Of a DNA stretch of 64,000 nt, positions 9,176-18,592 are shown one piece after another. A program made the position numbers and the translations under genes. Position 1 is the stretch's first letter. Each line of letters starts with the position of its first letter. The DNA comes from Bacteriovoracaceae bacterium (lineage in GTDB: Bacteria; Bdellovibrionota; Bacteriovoracia; Bacteriovoracales; Bacteriovoracaceae), in the NCBI GenBank assembly GCA_003245675.1, contig QKCN01000029.1, forward strand, positions 901-64,900. The letters are read 5' to 3'. The notes beneath the pieces are model-generated. The model did no database searches. It was not told where the DNA came from and was given only the letters and a program-made list of their open reading frames with translations.

Positions 9176-9583
9176 TTCATTCCTTTCTGTCGCAAATATT
9201 GTGGGTATTGAGGGTCGCAGCTTAGTAAATTTTCCAAGAATTATCCAGCATAACTTGGTAGTATTACGAGGGTTTTAAATTTTACGATAAATCTGACAAA
9301 ATCTGTCTTGATTATTGGCGTTTCTTGGCCGTATAACCCGGGCATCCAACTGATAACTAACCAGGATTATATATGGCCAAGTTTTTGTTACTTATTGCTT
9401 TAATCATTGTTGCTGCCCATGCTCGTACAGGCATTTTCTAGACTTATCTTTTAGATCGATAAATTTCTAGCTCTCTATCATTTTTTTGCTTCTTTTCTCG
9501 TTTCCTTTTTGATACCTATTTCTACCCTTAAAAATATAGTTACTTTTATATTTTTCTCAATTTCTTATTTAGGAGGAATTCTT

Positions 9584-10519
9584 ATGTACAAGAAGAATGT
9601 TCGTTGTAAGGACTTCATCGATTTATCCGATTTCACCACTGATGATATCAAAGGTTTTTTGAATCTCGCCCATGAGATGAAAAAATCCCCAGATGATTTT
9701 CGTGATTCTCTCAAAGGGAAAACTTTGGGGATGATTTTCAATAAACACTCCACTCGTACACGTATTTCCTTTGAAACAGGTATTTATCAGCTTGGTGGTG
9801 CTGGTCTTTATTTTGGACCTGGTCAGCTTCAACTTGATAGAGGTGAGCCTATTTCTGATACTGCACGTGTTCTTTCTCGTTATCTTGACGGTATCATGAT
9901 TAGAACTTTCTCTCATGATGATGTTAAAAATCTTGCCAAATTTGGAAGCATTCCTGTGATCAACGGCTTGACTGATTACAGTCATCCTTGCCAAGTGATG
10001 GCCGATCTTCAAACTATGCAAGAAAAATTTGGAATGAAGCTAGATGGTCTTAATTTCACCTATATTGGTGATGGAAATAATATGGCCGTTTCTCTTCTTC
10101 AAGGCTGTATTAAAATGGGAATGAATGTTGCCCTTATTTCACCTAAAGATTACACAATTATGAAGTCTGCAGTTGATGAAATGAGACCAGAAGCAGAAGA
10201 AAAAGGCTGTAAGATCCTTCTTACTGACAATATTGAGGAGGGGATGCAAGGAGCTCACGCCGTTTATACAGATGTTTGGGCATCTATGGGCCAAGAAGAT
10301 GAGTCTGCCAAGCGTATGAAAGCTTTTGAAGGCTATACTGTTAATAACAAAATGATGAGCTGGGCAGATAAAGATGCTATCTTTATGCACTGTCTTCCTG
10401 CTCACCGTGGAGAAGAGGTTGAAGCGGAAGTTATTGATGGTCCTCAATCTGTTATTTTTGATGAAGCCGAAAACAGATTACATGCACAAAAAGCGGTAAT
10501 GTATTCTTTAATGAGATAG
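9584..10519 (+). CDS. argF: Ornithine carbamoyltransferase-family enzyme
   Basis: SD aggagg lies 7 nt before the ATG at 9584. Motifs STRTR, HPCQ, DVWASMG and FMHCLP are present. The ORF-track TTG start at 9509 has no SD. Confidence 0.85.
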   Translation: MYKKNVRCKDFIDLSDFTTDDIKGFLNLAHEMKKSPDDFRDSLKGKTLGMIFNKHSTRTRISFETGIYQLGGAGLYFGPGQLQLDRGEPISDTARVLSRYLDGIMIRTFSHDDVKNLAKFGSIPVINGLTDYSHPCQVMADLQTMQEKFGMKLDGLNFTYIGDGNNMAVSLLQGCIKMGMNVALISPKDYTIMKSAVDEMRPEAEEKGCKILLTDNIEEGMQGAHAVYTDVWASMGQEDESAKRMKAFEGYTVNNKMMSWADKDAIFMHCLPAHRGEEVEAEVIDGPQSVIFDEAENRLHAQKAVMYSLMR

Positions 10520-10527
10520 CATCTATA

Positions 10528-10609
10528 AGGTGCGTTGTACCAAAAGGTACGTTATACTTTCTCCTAAGCTCAGCATTCGCTGTCGCTCCTAGGAAAAGTG
10601 TTTCGTACC
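10528..10609. repeat. Palindromic intergenic element, copy C of a 3-member family
   Basis: Arms ggtacgttatactttctcctaag / cctaggaaaagtgtttcgtacc, preceded by a partial duplicate aaggtgcgttgtacc. It shares the GGTACGT..ATACTTT core with the copies at 49677 and 51526. Confidence 0.5.
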
Positions 10610-10634
10610 TTTTTTTATTTTGTATAGAGGATTT

Positions 10635-11450
10635 ATGATTGCAAAAAAGTATCAAGATATTCTGAGTAAGGCAGAGCTTTACGTTTTAAGTTATCCTGGA
10701 AATTTCGAGTGTATGAATTTTAAGCCTATGGGCTTTGAAATCAAAGAAGAGAATCGCCTTTCTTGTATGAGTTTAAAGAATGAGCGTTTTTACGATCTAT
10801 TGCATTCTTTAGATAGCCTTGCATTTGGTCCAGAGGGAATGCCTATGGATAAGTGGGTTTTCTATGACTGTGGCGAAATGCCTGGTGGAGTCGTTGGCCT
10901 TGGTGTGCGCGCTAAAGATTTGGGAGAAGAAGCGTTAAAAGAATACAAGATTGATGCCGATTATGAAGGTCTTGTTCCTATTTCTATGTATATTGCAATC
11001 CCTATGGCAAATGGTGAATGGTTTGGTCACAATTTATCGTCGGCCAATCGTGTCCTCAAGGAAGCAATGCCAGGTTTAGGTTTGGTGACAAAAGCTTTGG
11101 CATTACAAGTTTTTCAAATTCCAACGATGTTGGGCGCCACTCAGTGGGATTCTAAGGCCCTTGAAATTCATTTGCAGCTTTCCGATATGGAGCTTTTGAG
11201 CACTTACACTCCGGCCCATAGTTATAAAAACACAATGACCTACAAAAGCCATTATCCTTTGGCAGGACTCGAAGAGGCTCTTTCTGGGACAAAACGAGAA
11301 GCGAAGGATTGGGATTATCTTCATCCTGCTGAGGATGAGGCATTTTCTCGTAAAATCCAAGAAAGGATTGAAGCAGGAGAGCGTTTTAAAATTGTAGGAC
11401 GGCCAATACATAAAGAGGGAGAAACTTTTTATCCCATTAAAAAAATATAA
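10635..11450 (+). CDS. Conserved-looking protein of unknown function (271 aa) embedded in the carbamoyltransferase/carbamate kinase operon
   Basis: Long ORF on the same strand between argF-like and arcC. ATG at 10635 is preceded by gagga. No catalytic motif recognised. A GLGLVTKALAL segment is vaguely GNAT-like. Confidence 0.65.
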   Translation: MIAKKYQDILSKAELYVLSYPGNFECMNFKPMGFEIKEENRLSCMSLKNERFYDLLHSLDSLAFGPEGMPMDKWVFYDCGEMPGGVVGLGVRAKDLGEEALKEYKIDADYEGLVPISMYIAIPMANGEWFGHNLSSANRVLKEAMPGLGLVTKALALQVFQIPTMLGATQWDSKALEIHLQLSDMELLSTYTPAHSYKNTMTYKSHYPLAGLEEALSGTKREAKDWDYLHPAEDEAFSRKIQERIEAGERFKIVGRPIHKEGETFYPIKKI

Positions 11451-11479
11451 TTAAATTGCGACAGTCAATGAGGTGAACA

Positions 11480-12457
11480 ATGGCAAAATCAAATGTTTTA
11501 ATTGCATTAGGGGGCAATGCCCTAGACGTTAAAGAAAAAGATCTACCCAATATGGGGATTGATTCTATGGATCAACGTGCAGAATACAAAGTGGCACGTA
11601 AGAGTATGGAAGCAGTTGGCGAATTATTGAAAACAGGGGAAGTTGGAGCATTGGTTTTGACTCATGGAAATGGTCCTCAAGTTGGAAAGATTTTGGCCCA
11701 ACAAGAGCTTACTAAAAATCAATATCCTCGTATGATGCCTCTTGATGTTTGTGTGGCGGATAGCCAAGGTCGTATTGGGGCCAGTATCCAAAACGTTTTA
11801 ACAAATGTTTGTATGAATAACGATATTAATAGAAAGGTTGTGACTTTGGTCACTCAGGTAGAAGTTGACCCGCAAGATCAAGCCTTCAAAAATCCAACGA
11901 AGCCAATTGGTTCTTTTTTTACAGAGGAAAATGCCAAGGCAGAAATGCAAAGAACTGGTGCAGTATTTAAAGAAGATGCCGGACGTGGTTGGCGTAAAGT
12001 TGTTCCATCTCCTCAGCCAAAAATTATCTTAGAAAAAGAGGTTATTGAAAAACTTTATGGCGAAAGCTTTATCGTTGTAGCTGGCGGCGGCGGTGGAATC
12101 CCCGTCATGCGCAATGAAATGAATGAAATTCGTGGTGTTGAAGCTGTGCTTGATAAAGATAGAACGAGTTCTTTGATGGCCAATGAATTGGGCGCAGATA
12201 TCTTCATTGTTTTGACAGAAGCTCCTTTTGTGAGTCTGAATTACAACACTCCTGAGCAAGTTGATTTAAAAGAAGTGGGACTTGCTGAAATGCAAAAGTA
12301 TATGGATGAAGGTCATTTTGCTGAGGGCAGTATGAAACCTAAAGTTGAAGCGGCTATGAACTTTGTTCGTCGTGGTGGTAAGAAGGCCATTATTGCCAAT
12401 CTTTTCCAACTAGTTGACGCTTTTAATGGAAAAGTTGGAACACATATTGTGGCTTAG
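11480..12457 (+). CDS. arcC: Carbamate kinase
   Basis: Motifs ALGGNAL and THGNGPQVG are present. Typical length of 325 aa. Confidence 0.9.
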   Translation: MAKSNVLIALGGNALDVKEKDLPNMGIDSMDQRAEYKVARKSMEAVGELLKTGEVGALVLTHGNGPQVGKILAQQELTKNQYPRMMPLDVCVADSQGRIGASIQNVLTNVCMNNDINRKVVTLVTQVEVDPQDQAFKNPTKPIGSFFTEENAKAEMQRTGAVFKEDAGRGWRKVVPSPQPKIILEKEVIEKLYGESFIVVAGGGGGIPVMRNEMNEIRGVEAVLDKDRTSSLMANELGADIFIVLTEAPFVSLNYNTPEQVDLKEVGLAEMQKYMDEGHFAEGSMKPKVEAAMNFVRRGGKKAIIANLFQLVDAFNGKVGTHIVA

Positions 12458-12459
12458 TC

Positions 12460-13053
12460 ATGTATCATTTCGTTCATAAACGTATTTGTGTATTTTGTGG
12501 TTCTAGTAATAAAGTAGACCCTAAGTATTTTGAAGCGGCCAAGACTCTGGGAAGAGTTTTGGCCCAAAATTCTCTTGCACTAGTCTATGGAGGCGGAGGT
12601 GCTGGTCTCATGGGGGCCGTCGCTGATGCAACTAAAAAACACGGGGGGAAGGTTTACGGTATTATCCCTTCTTTTATGATGGAAAAAGAATGGGGCCATC
12701 AAGGAATTGATGAACTGTTGCAAGTCGAAGATATGCGCCAACGCAAAAAGAAAATGATCGAAGATGTTGATGCGATCATTGCGCTGCCTGGTGGTTGTGG
12801 AACTTTAGAAGAGTTATTAGAAGTAATGACTTTGAAGCAGTTGGGGTTGATTACGGTTCCCATTTTGCTTGTGAACATTGATGGCTTTTATGATCCACTA
12901 CTTAAGCAATTTGAAAATTGTATTGATGAGATCTTCATGCGTCCCATGCATCGCAGAGTATGGCATGTTTGCACGAACACTGAAAATATCATTCAGGATA
13001 TTAACAATGCTCCTCAATGGAAGAACGAGGACGGAAAGCTTGCTGCCATTTAG
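12460..13053 (+). CDS. LOG-family protein (nucleotide 5'-monophosphate nucleosidase / cytokinin riboside 5'-monophosphate phosphoribohydrolase family)
   Basis: Motifs GGGGAGLMGAVA and PGGCGTLEEL are present. The start lies 3 nt after the arcC stop. Confidence 0.85.
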   Translation: MYHFVHKRICVFCGSSNKVDPKYFEAAKTLGRVLAQNSLALVYGGGGAGLMGAVADATKKHGGKVYGIIPSFMMEKEWGHQGIDELLQVEDMRQRKKKMIEDVDAIIALPGGCGTLEELLEVMTLKQLGLITVPILLVNIDGFYDPLLKQFENCIDEIFMRPMHRRVWHVCTNTENIIQDINNAPQWKNEDGKLAAI

Positions 13054-13919
13054 GTTTTGGTTTCTTCTATTTGCATCAAGTGGTTTTGCAAATTTGCACT
13101 GGTATTGGTCAATTTGAGTTTTTTCCTAATATTCTTTTTATGAGTACTAATCGTCGATTCTGAAACATAAAGCAGGTCGGCGATTTTTTTACTGGAATGA
13201 CCTTGTTTGACGAGGTTACAGATTTCTATTTCCGTGGGAGTCAGGTTGTATTTTAAGTTGACCATCTTTTTATAAAAGTCGCTGGAAAGGTGTTCTAATT
13301 TGTGAAGCAGTAATTGATAATCATTTGCCTCAATTCGACTTTGGGCATGTAGTTGAGTCAGTGTGGGCTTGAGATCATTTTCAATGTTGAGCGCAATATC
13401 TTCTTTTACTCTAGAGCGCTCTTCTTCAACTCTTCCTAAAATTCCACGCAGGGTAATGTTAGCCTCATCTAGTTCTTTTGTTCTATCTATGACGAGCTTT
13501 TCTAAGTTTCTCTTATAATTTTCATTTTCCTTTTTAATTTCTTCTTCGCGTATTAGCCGCTGAATCGATAGGTGGACTATTTCCATGTCGAGAATGGGTT
13601 TTATAAGATAGTCGTTGGCCCCCGATTTTAGAGCTTGAATGGCCATGGATAAATCACCAACGCCTGAAATAACAATGGTGGGAATATCCTTCTTTTCCTT
13701 TTTTAAAATGTCTAATACTTCAAGACCTGTACAATGGGGCATTAGCAAATCTAGTAGCAGAATCGAATGAGATGGGTATTGTTTTAGCTTTTCTAAGGCA
13801 ACCGTTCCATTTTCAGCAGCATGGACTTGATAGTTGTGTTCTTCTAAGTAGTCAATCAAGTTCTCACGAATGCTGTAGTCGTCATCGCAAACGATAATGG
13901 AATAAGTCTCTTGAATCAT
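13050..13919 (-). CDS. Response regulator: REC domain, coiled-coil linker and LuxR-type HTH
   Basis: REC signature (CDDD...LDLLMPHCTG...IKP). C-terminal LTPTEIEICNLVKQGHSSKKIADLLYVSESTISTHKKNIRKKL. Confidence 0.85.
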   Translation of the reverse strand: MIQETYSIIVCDDDYSIRENLIDYLEEHNYQVHAAENGTVALEKLKQYPSHSILLLDLLMPHCTGLEVLDILKKEKKDIPTIVISGVGDLSMAIQALKSGANDYLIKPILDMEIVHLSIQRLIREEEIKKENENYKRNLEKLVIDRTKELDEANITLRGILGRVEEERSRVKEDIALNIENDLKPTLTQLHAQSRIEANDYQLLLHKLEHLSSDFYKKMVNLKYNLTPTEIEICNLVKQGHSSKKIADLLYVSESTISTHKKNIRKKLKLTNTSANLQNHLMQIEETKT

Positions 13920-15439
13920 GCTTGCTCCTTACAGGGTAACTCGATAGTAAAACGTGCACCTTTGCCGGGGACGTTATCGGCCAGTAAAGTTCCATTGTGA
14001 CCATTGCAGATAATGGAATAGGAGACAGATAATCCTAATCCTGTTCCAGCACCAATATCCTTAGTGGTGAAAAAAGGATCAAAAATCCTATTGCGTAAGT
14101 CATTGGGAATCCCGGGCCCATTGTCTTCAATCATAATAATAATTCTATCTCCTGCAGTCTTTGTCTTCAAGATTATTTGTGGTTTTTCTGTTGTTTTAAA
14201 TAGTGCTTGAGTTGCATTTTTGAGGAGATTGAGTATGACTTGCTCGATTTCTGTATAATTGCAGTGCACGACGGGAAGCATAGGATCTAATTCTAATACA
14301 AAATCAATTTCTCTGATATTGTAAACTTTTTTGAGTTGGATATCTTGTTTTGCAAGTGCGAGACTGGCTTCTAGAATACTATTGATATTCCAGGGCAATT
14401 TTTGAATTTCATTTTCTTGGCGCCCAAAGCGCAGCATCCCTCTGACGATTGATGAAGCTCGCTCTGCCGCGTCTCGAATACTGTTGATGATTTTAGAAAC
14501 ACTGCGCTTTTCCATGTATTGACTGAGGTACTCAAACTCTAATCCCACTTCGTTTGCTACTTTTAAGTTATTGTCATTTAGAGGGTCAAGCCTTCTGTCG
14601 AGATTTTGGAGACCTTGCATGATGCCGCTGAGAGGGGAGTTGATTTCATGGGCCATTCCTGCTGCGAGGGAAGCGATACTTGTCATTTTCTCTGACTGCA
14701 TCATCAATTGTTCCATCTGTCTTTTTTGTGTGACATCGGAAAAGAGAATCAGTGCCCCACTCGATTTCGGTAGGGGGTGGAAAGAGACCTGGCAGCGAGC
14801 ATTGGTGCATTCTTGCCGGGGGCATTGAACTTCTTTTTGCTGGACTTCGTTGAGTTGGAAATTAATCCCCTGAGAAATGACAGGATATTTTCTGCGGATA
14901 TTATTTGATTTTTTATGCTGTTCGCACTGTAAGGCTTTGGTATTGGTATAGGTCACTTCGAGATTGCTATCGATGCAGATAATTCCAATATCAATGACAT
15001 TTAGAATTTCTTGCAAAAAGTTTTCTGTTCGTTTGAGTTCTTGTGCTGTTTCGTATTCTGTCAGAATTCGTCCTTCAACGATAATATATTTTACGGTCGT
15101 ATCATTGGGGGTATAAGGTCGGGCCGAAAAGTCGACATAGACGAGCCTATTCTTTTCTTTATCAAAGTTGCGAGTGATGCAGCTGGCAATTTCTCCCTGT
15201 GCCGCTTTTTCAATCATGTACTTGATTTCCTCTTTTTCTTGTGGCGTGGTCTGATCCCACCAGGCACATTCATAAAGTTTCTTGTGTAATACTTCAGCTT
15301 TATCTTTTATTTTGACTAATTGTAGGGCCCGGTCGTTTACCGCAAGTAAATTGCCTTCCTTGTCAAGGATGCCGATGAGTTGAAAAGTTTGATTAAAACA
15401 GGCTCGATAGAGCTCAATATCCATTTCGTATTTTTCCAT
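13916..15439 (-). CDS. PAS-domain sensor histidine kinase
   Basis: H-box AHEINSPLSG, N-box LLKNATQA, G-boxes DNGPGIP and GTGLGLS. The start is uncertain: ATG at 15439 or 15424, or TTG at 15460. It overlaps the response regulator gene by 4 nt. Confidence 0.85.
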   Translation of the reverse strand: MEKYEMDIELYRACFNQTFQLIGILDKEGNLLAVNDRALQLVKIKDKAEVLHKKLYECAWWDQTTPQEKEEIKYMIEKAAQGEIASCITRNFDKEKNRLVYVDFSARPYTPNDTTVKYIIVEGRILTEYETAQELKRTENFLQEILNVIDIGIICIDSNLEVTYTNTKALQCEQHKKSNNIRRKYPVISQGINFQLNEVQQKEVQCPRQECTNARCQVSFHPLPKSSGALILFSDVTQKRQMEQLMMQSEKMTSIASLAAGMAHEINSPLSGIMQGLQNLDRRLDPLNDNNLKVANEVGLEFEYLSQYMEKRSVSKIINSIRDAAERASSIVRGMLRFGRQENEIQKLPWNINSILEASLALAKQDIQLKKVYNIREIDFVLELDPMLPVVHCNYTEIEQVILNLLKNATQALFKTTEKPQIILKTKTAGDRIIIMIEDNGPGIPNDLRNRIFDPFFTTKDIGAGTGLGLSVSYSIICNGHNGTLLADNVPGKGARFTIELPCKEQA

Positions 15440-15561
15440 GCAGGATCTTCGGAAGCTCAATCAAAAAAGTTTAGAATTATGAGCAGTAAAGCTTTCTTTT
15501 CCTGCAGCTATTTTTGTGTTAGTTTGTCGTATCAAACAATTGATAAAAGAGGTGATTAGCC

Positions 15562-16626
15562 ATGAATTTATTTGAAGAATTTTGGTCCTATGTTGTCATT
15601 TCAGCTCCTTATCTGCTTTTTGGTTTGCTTGTTGCAGGTTTTGTGCACACATTTTTTTCGAGGGACAATATTCAGCGCTTTTTGGGCGCCAATAATTTTG
15701 CATCGGTTGTTAAAGCTGCACTTTTTGGGGTTCCTTTGCCAATGTGCTCTTGCTCTGTTGTTCCTGCGGCCATTTCATTGCGAGAAAATGGTGCCAGTAA
15801 TGCGGCCACTTCTTCTTTTTTAATTTCAACTCCACAAACGGGAATTGATTCTCTCTTTTTGACTTATGGCCTTATGGACGTTCCCATGCTTATTATCCGT
15901 CCACTTTCAGCTTTTTTGTCAGCCTTTTTGGCCGGTACTTTTCAGTTTCTTTTTAACAAATCAGCTTATCAAGCACATCAAGAGCACCAGGCAGAAGATC
16001 ATTGTTGCCCCGCTTGTGGGGGAGCGCCGGTTGTGCAAACTCCTAGTCTGGCTAAACGTCTGCTTGATGGACAGTTATATGCTTTTTCTCGTCTCAGTGA
16101 TGATATGTCTTTTTGGTTATTGATAGGGCTTGTCTCTGGTGCTCTTATTAATACATTTGTGCCTAATGATTTTCTTGGAAGTTTGGGGCCAATACAAGGG
16201 CGCTTGGGAATTATTTTAGTGGGCATTCCTTTTTATATTTGCGCTTCTGCTTCAACCCCCTTGGCCGTCTCCTTGGTTATGAAAGGACTTTCTCCAGGCA
16301 CGGCATTGCTCTTTTTAATGGTTGGCCCTGCAACAAATATTACGAACATTTTGGTTATGCAAAAATATATCGGTAAACTTGGCGTTGTTATTAATACGAC
16401 TTGTATTGCCATCTCTGCAGTTATTTTTTCATTTGTTGTAGATTTTCTTTATGAATGGTTTCAGTGGAGTCCTATTTGGAAAATGCAGCATCAACATGTG
16501 CATGGAGCGAGCTGGTGGATGCATGCTTCAGGTATTATTCTTTGCTTGCTTTTGATGAAAGGCCTTTGGAAAGAAAATATAAAACCTCATTTGGCAAAAC
16601 AAAAGGAGCCATGTTGTCATGATTAG
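15562..16626 (+). CDS. Polytopic permease of the ArsP/YraQ-like predicted-permease family with thiol motifs
   Basis: About 8-10 hydrophobic segments. Motif LPMCSCSVVP in a TM segment, a HCCPACGG loop and a C-terminal CCHD. The stop overlaps the moeA start. Confidence 0.75.
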   Translation: MNLFEEFWSYVVISAPYLLFGLLVAGFVHTFFSRDNIQRFLGANNFASVVKAALFGVPLPMCSCSVVPAAISLRENGASNAATSSFLISTPQTGIDSLFLTYGLMDVPMLIIRPLSAFLSAFLAGTFQFLFNKSAYQAHQEHQAEDHCCPACGGAPVVQTPSLAKRLLDGQLYAFSRLSDDMSFWLLIGLVSGALINTFVPNDFLGSLGPIQGRLGIILVGIPFYICASASTPLAVSLVMKGLSPGTALLFLMVGPATNITNILVMQKYIGKLGVVINTTCIAISAVIFSFVVDFLYEWFQWSPIWKMQHQHVHGASWWMHASGIILCLLLMKGLWKENIKPHLAKQKEPCCHD

Positions 16627-17809
16627 TTTTGCCGACGCTCAGAATCTTTTAAAAAAAGAAGTTTTTCCTTCTGGCGAAATGCAGTTTGTTTCTTTAGAAG
16701 AGATCGTTGGGCATGTCCTGGCTGAGGATGTGATTATTGCTCGCGATGAACCTCCATTTGCGAAGGCTTTTATGGATGGTATTTGTTTTCGTCAAGACGA
16801 TGCCTATCGAACCCTTAAATTAAAAGGGCGAATTTTGGCCGGACAATCAGTTGCTCAACTAGAAATTGGTCCAGGGGAAGCTTACGCGATTATGACTGGA
16901 GCAGCTTTGCCGGCAGGTGCCAATGCCGTTGTCCGCAAAGAAGATCTTGTTTTTGAAGATGGTTTTGTTTCTTTTTCGACACAAGACTTAAAGCTCGATT
17001 GTTTTTATACACAGGGATCAGATCTTGAGGCAGGAAGTCTTCTCTTTAAAAAAGGGCACTTGGTACAAGAGCGTGATTTACCTTCTCTGATATTATCTGG
17101 AAAAGATTGTTTTTCAGTTTACTGCAAAATGGAGTTTGCCTTTTTAACTTCTGGAGATGAACTCCTTGGACCTGGAAAGAGTGCTCAAGATTTTCAAGTC
17201 TATGATACGAGCAGTTCATATATTGTATCTAAATTAAGGCAGTGGAAATCCCCTGTTCGCCACATGGGCATTATCGCAGACCGTCCTGACTTGCTAGAAG
17301 CAGCTCTACGGGAGGCTCTTTTGTCTTGTGATTGTTTAATCACTACGGGCGGTGTTTCAGTGGGGGACTGTGATTTTATCCCTCAACTTGTTGATAAATT
17401 AGGATTTACTGTCGTTTTCCACAAGTGGGCCATACGACCAGGTAAGCCATTATTGCTTGCGTTTCGCGATCAGGAAAATAAGCGACAGTGGTTTGTCGGC
17501 TTACCGGGAAATCCTGTGTCATCTTTAGTTAATCTAGAAGTGCTTATAAAGGAACTCGTGGCAATCTTCGAAAATAGAGATTCAGACCGTCGCAAAATTA
17601 AATTACCACTTTTGAACGATTTACTGAATAATGACTTAAAAAGACGGGCCTTTTTACCTGCTTCTTTAAGTGAAGGCGGAGTGATTCCTATTGAGTTTCA
17701 CGGCTCCAACCATATTCTTTCTTGGCGACAGATTGATGCCCTTATTGAAGTCCCAGAGGGAAAAGAAAAGTTACTAAAAGGTGAACTTGTTGATGTACGA
17801 TTCTTATAA
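16619..17809 (+). CDS. moeA: Molybdopterin molybdenumtransferase
   Basis: MoeA architecture with TTGGVSVGDCDF and GLPGNPVSS motifs. Confidence 0.9.
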   Translation: MISFADAQNLLKKEVFPSGEMQFVSLEEIVGHVLAEDVIIARDEPPFAKAFMDGICFRQDDAYRTLKLKGRILAGQSVAQLEIGPGEAYAIMTGAALPAGANAVVRKEDLVFEDGFVSFSTQDLKLDCFYTQGSDLEAGSLLFKKGHLVQERDLPSLILSGKDCFSVYCKMEFAFLTSGDELLGPGKSAQDFQVYDTSSSYIVSKLRQWKSPVRHMGIIADRPDLLEAALREALLSCDCLITTGGVSVGDCDFIPQLVDKLGFTVVFHKWAIRPGKPLLLAFRDQENKRQWFVGLPGNPVSSLVNLEVLIKELVAIFENRDSDRRKIKLPLLNDLLNNDLKRRAFLPASLSEGGVIPIEFHGSNHILSWRQIDALIEVPEGKEKLLKGELVDVRFL

Positions 17810-18590
17810 TCGCCATATTCACTATTTAAGAATCTCTGTGACTGATCGCTGTAATCTACGTTGTTCGTATTGTTTTGTTGATGAAAATCCCTCTTTTGTT
17901 AAAGAGGATGATTTACTTTCAGTTGATGAAATTGAGTTACTCGCAAAAGAAGCAGTTGCTTTAGGGATTAATAAAATTCGCTTAACTGGTGGAGAACCTC
18001 TTTTGCGTTCTGATATTGTCGATATCGTGAGACGATTAGCTCAAGTTGATGGTCTTACTGATCTTGCCTTGACTACAAATGGTCAGCTGCTTGCCGCTTT
18101 AGCTCCTGCACTTAAAGAAGCTGGATTAAAACGCGTGAATGTGAGTCTTGATACTTTAGATCCCGATCGTTTTCGCGAAATTACACATGGCGATGTTATG
18201 CGCACTATTGAAGGTCTAATGGTCGCCCGCCACGTAGGCTTGACGCCCATAAAAATCAATAGTGTGAAAGCAAATTATATTACAGCACAAGAACAGAGTG
18301 ATCTACTTGCCTTTTGCCGCAAGCATGATTTTGATTTACGATTTATTCCTCAAATGGATTTAGAAAAGGGCACTTTTTCGATCGTAGAAGGGGGAGAGGG
18401 CGGCAACTGTCAAAAGTGTAATCGCTTGCGTGTTTCCTGTAGCGGTGAAATTTTTCCTTGCTTATTTAGCCAAGAAACTATTTCAATTCGCCAAATGGGA
18501 ATCCGTCAAGCACTTATGACTGCATGTCGTCTAAAACCAGAGCGGGGCGGGAGTTCTCAGCAGGGACGTTTTTTCAATATTGGAGGTTAA
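17793..18590 (+). CDS. moaA: GTP 3',8-cyclase (radical SAM)
   Basis: CNLRCSYC radical-SAM cluster. C-terminal cluster CQKCNRLRVSCSGEIFPC. Terminal GG. Compact at about 265 aa. Confidence 0.9.
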   Translation: MYDSYNRHIHYLRISVTDRCNLRCSYCFVDENPSFVKEDDLLSVDEIELLAKEAVALGINKIRLTGGEPLLRSDIVDIVRRLAQVDGLTDLALTTNGQLLAALAPALKEAGLKRVNVSLDTLDPDRFREITHGDVMRTIEGLMVARHVGLTPIKINSVKANYITAQEQSDLLAFCRKHDFDLRFIPQMDLEKGTFSIVEGGEGGNCQKCNRLRVSCSGEIFPCLFSQETISIRQMGIRQALMTACRLKPERGGSSQQGRFFNIGG

Positions 18591-18592
18591 AA

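Noticed and set aside
9374-9442. 22-codon ORF (MAKFLLLIALIIVAAHARTGIF) in the 408-bp leader of the carbamoyltransferase operon, considered as an attenuation leader peptide
   Set aside because: It has no run of regulatory codons (a single Arg). I could not find alternative terminator and antiterminator hairpins downstream. The SD is weak. The evidence is insufficient.
9509-9583. Longer N-terminal extensions from TTG/GTG starts in the ORF track (9509, 10620, 17781, 18524, 35056, 40663, 47103, 48874, 6253, 6624, 20554, 43176)
   Set aside because: In each case an internal ATG, or GTG at 48931, is preceded by a good SD and matches the expected N-terminus of the family or a clean signal peptide. 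The extensions lack an SD or overlap upstream genes extensively.
15461-15561. Possible Moco riboswitch upstream of the permease and Moco operon
   Set aside because: The intergenic region is only about 100 nt and shows no extended conserved stem architecture that I can recognise. An Rfam scan would be needed to settle it.
17793-18590. moaA considered as a truncated pseudogene because the product is only about 265 aa
   Set aside because: It retains the N-terminal CxxxCxxC cluster, the C-terminal three-Cys cluster and the terminal Gly-Gly. It is translationally linked on both sides. It is most likely a compact functional MoaA.
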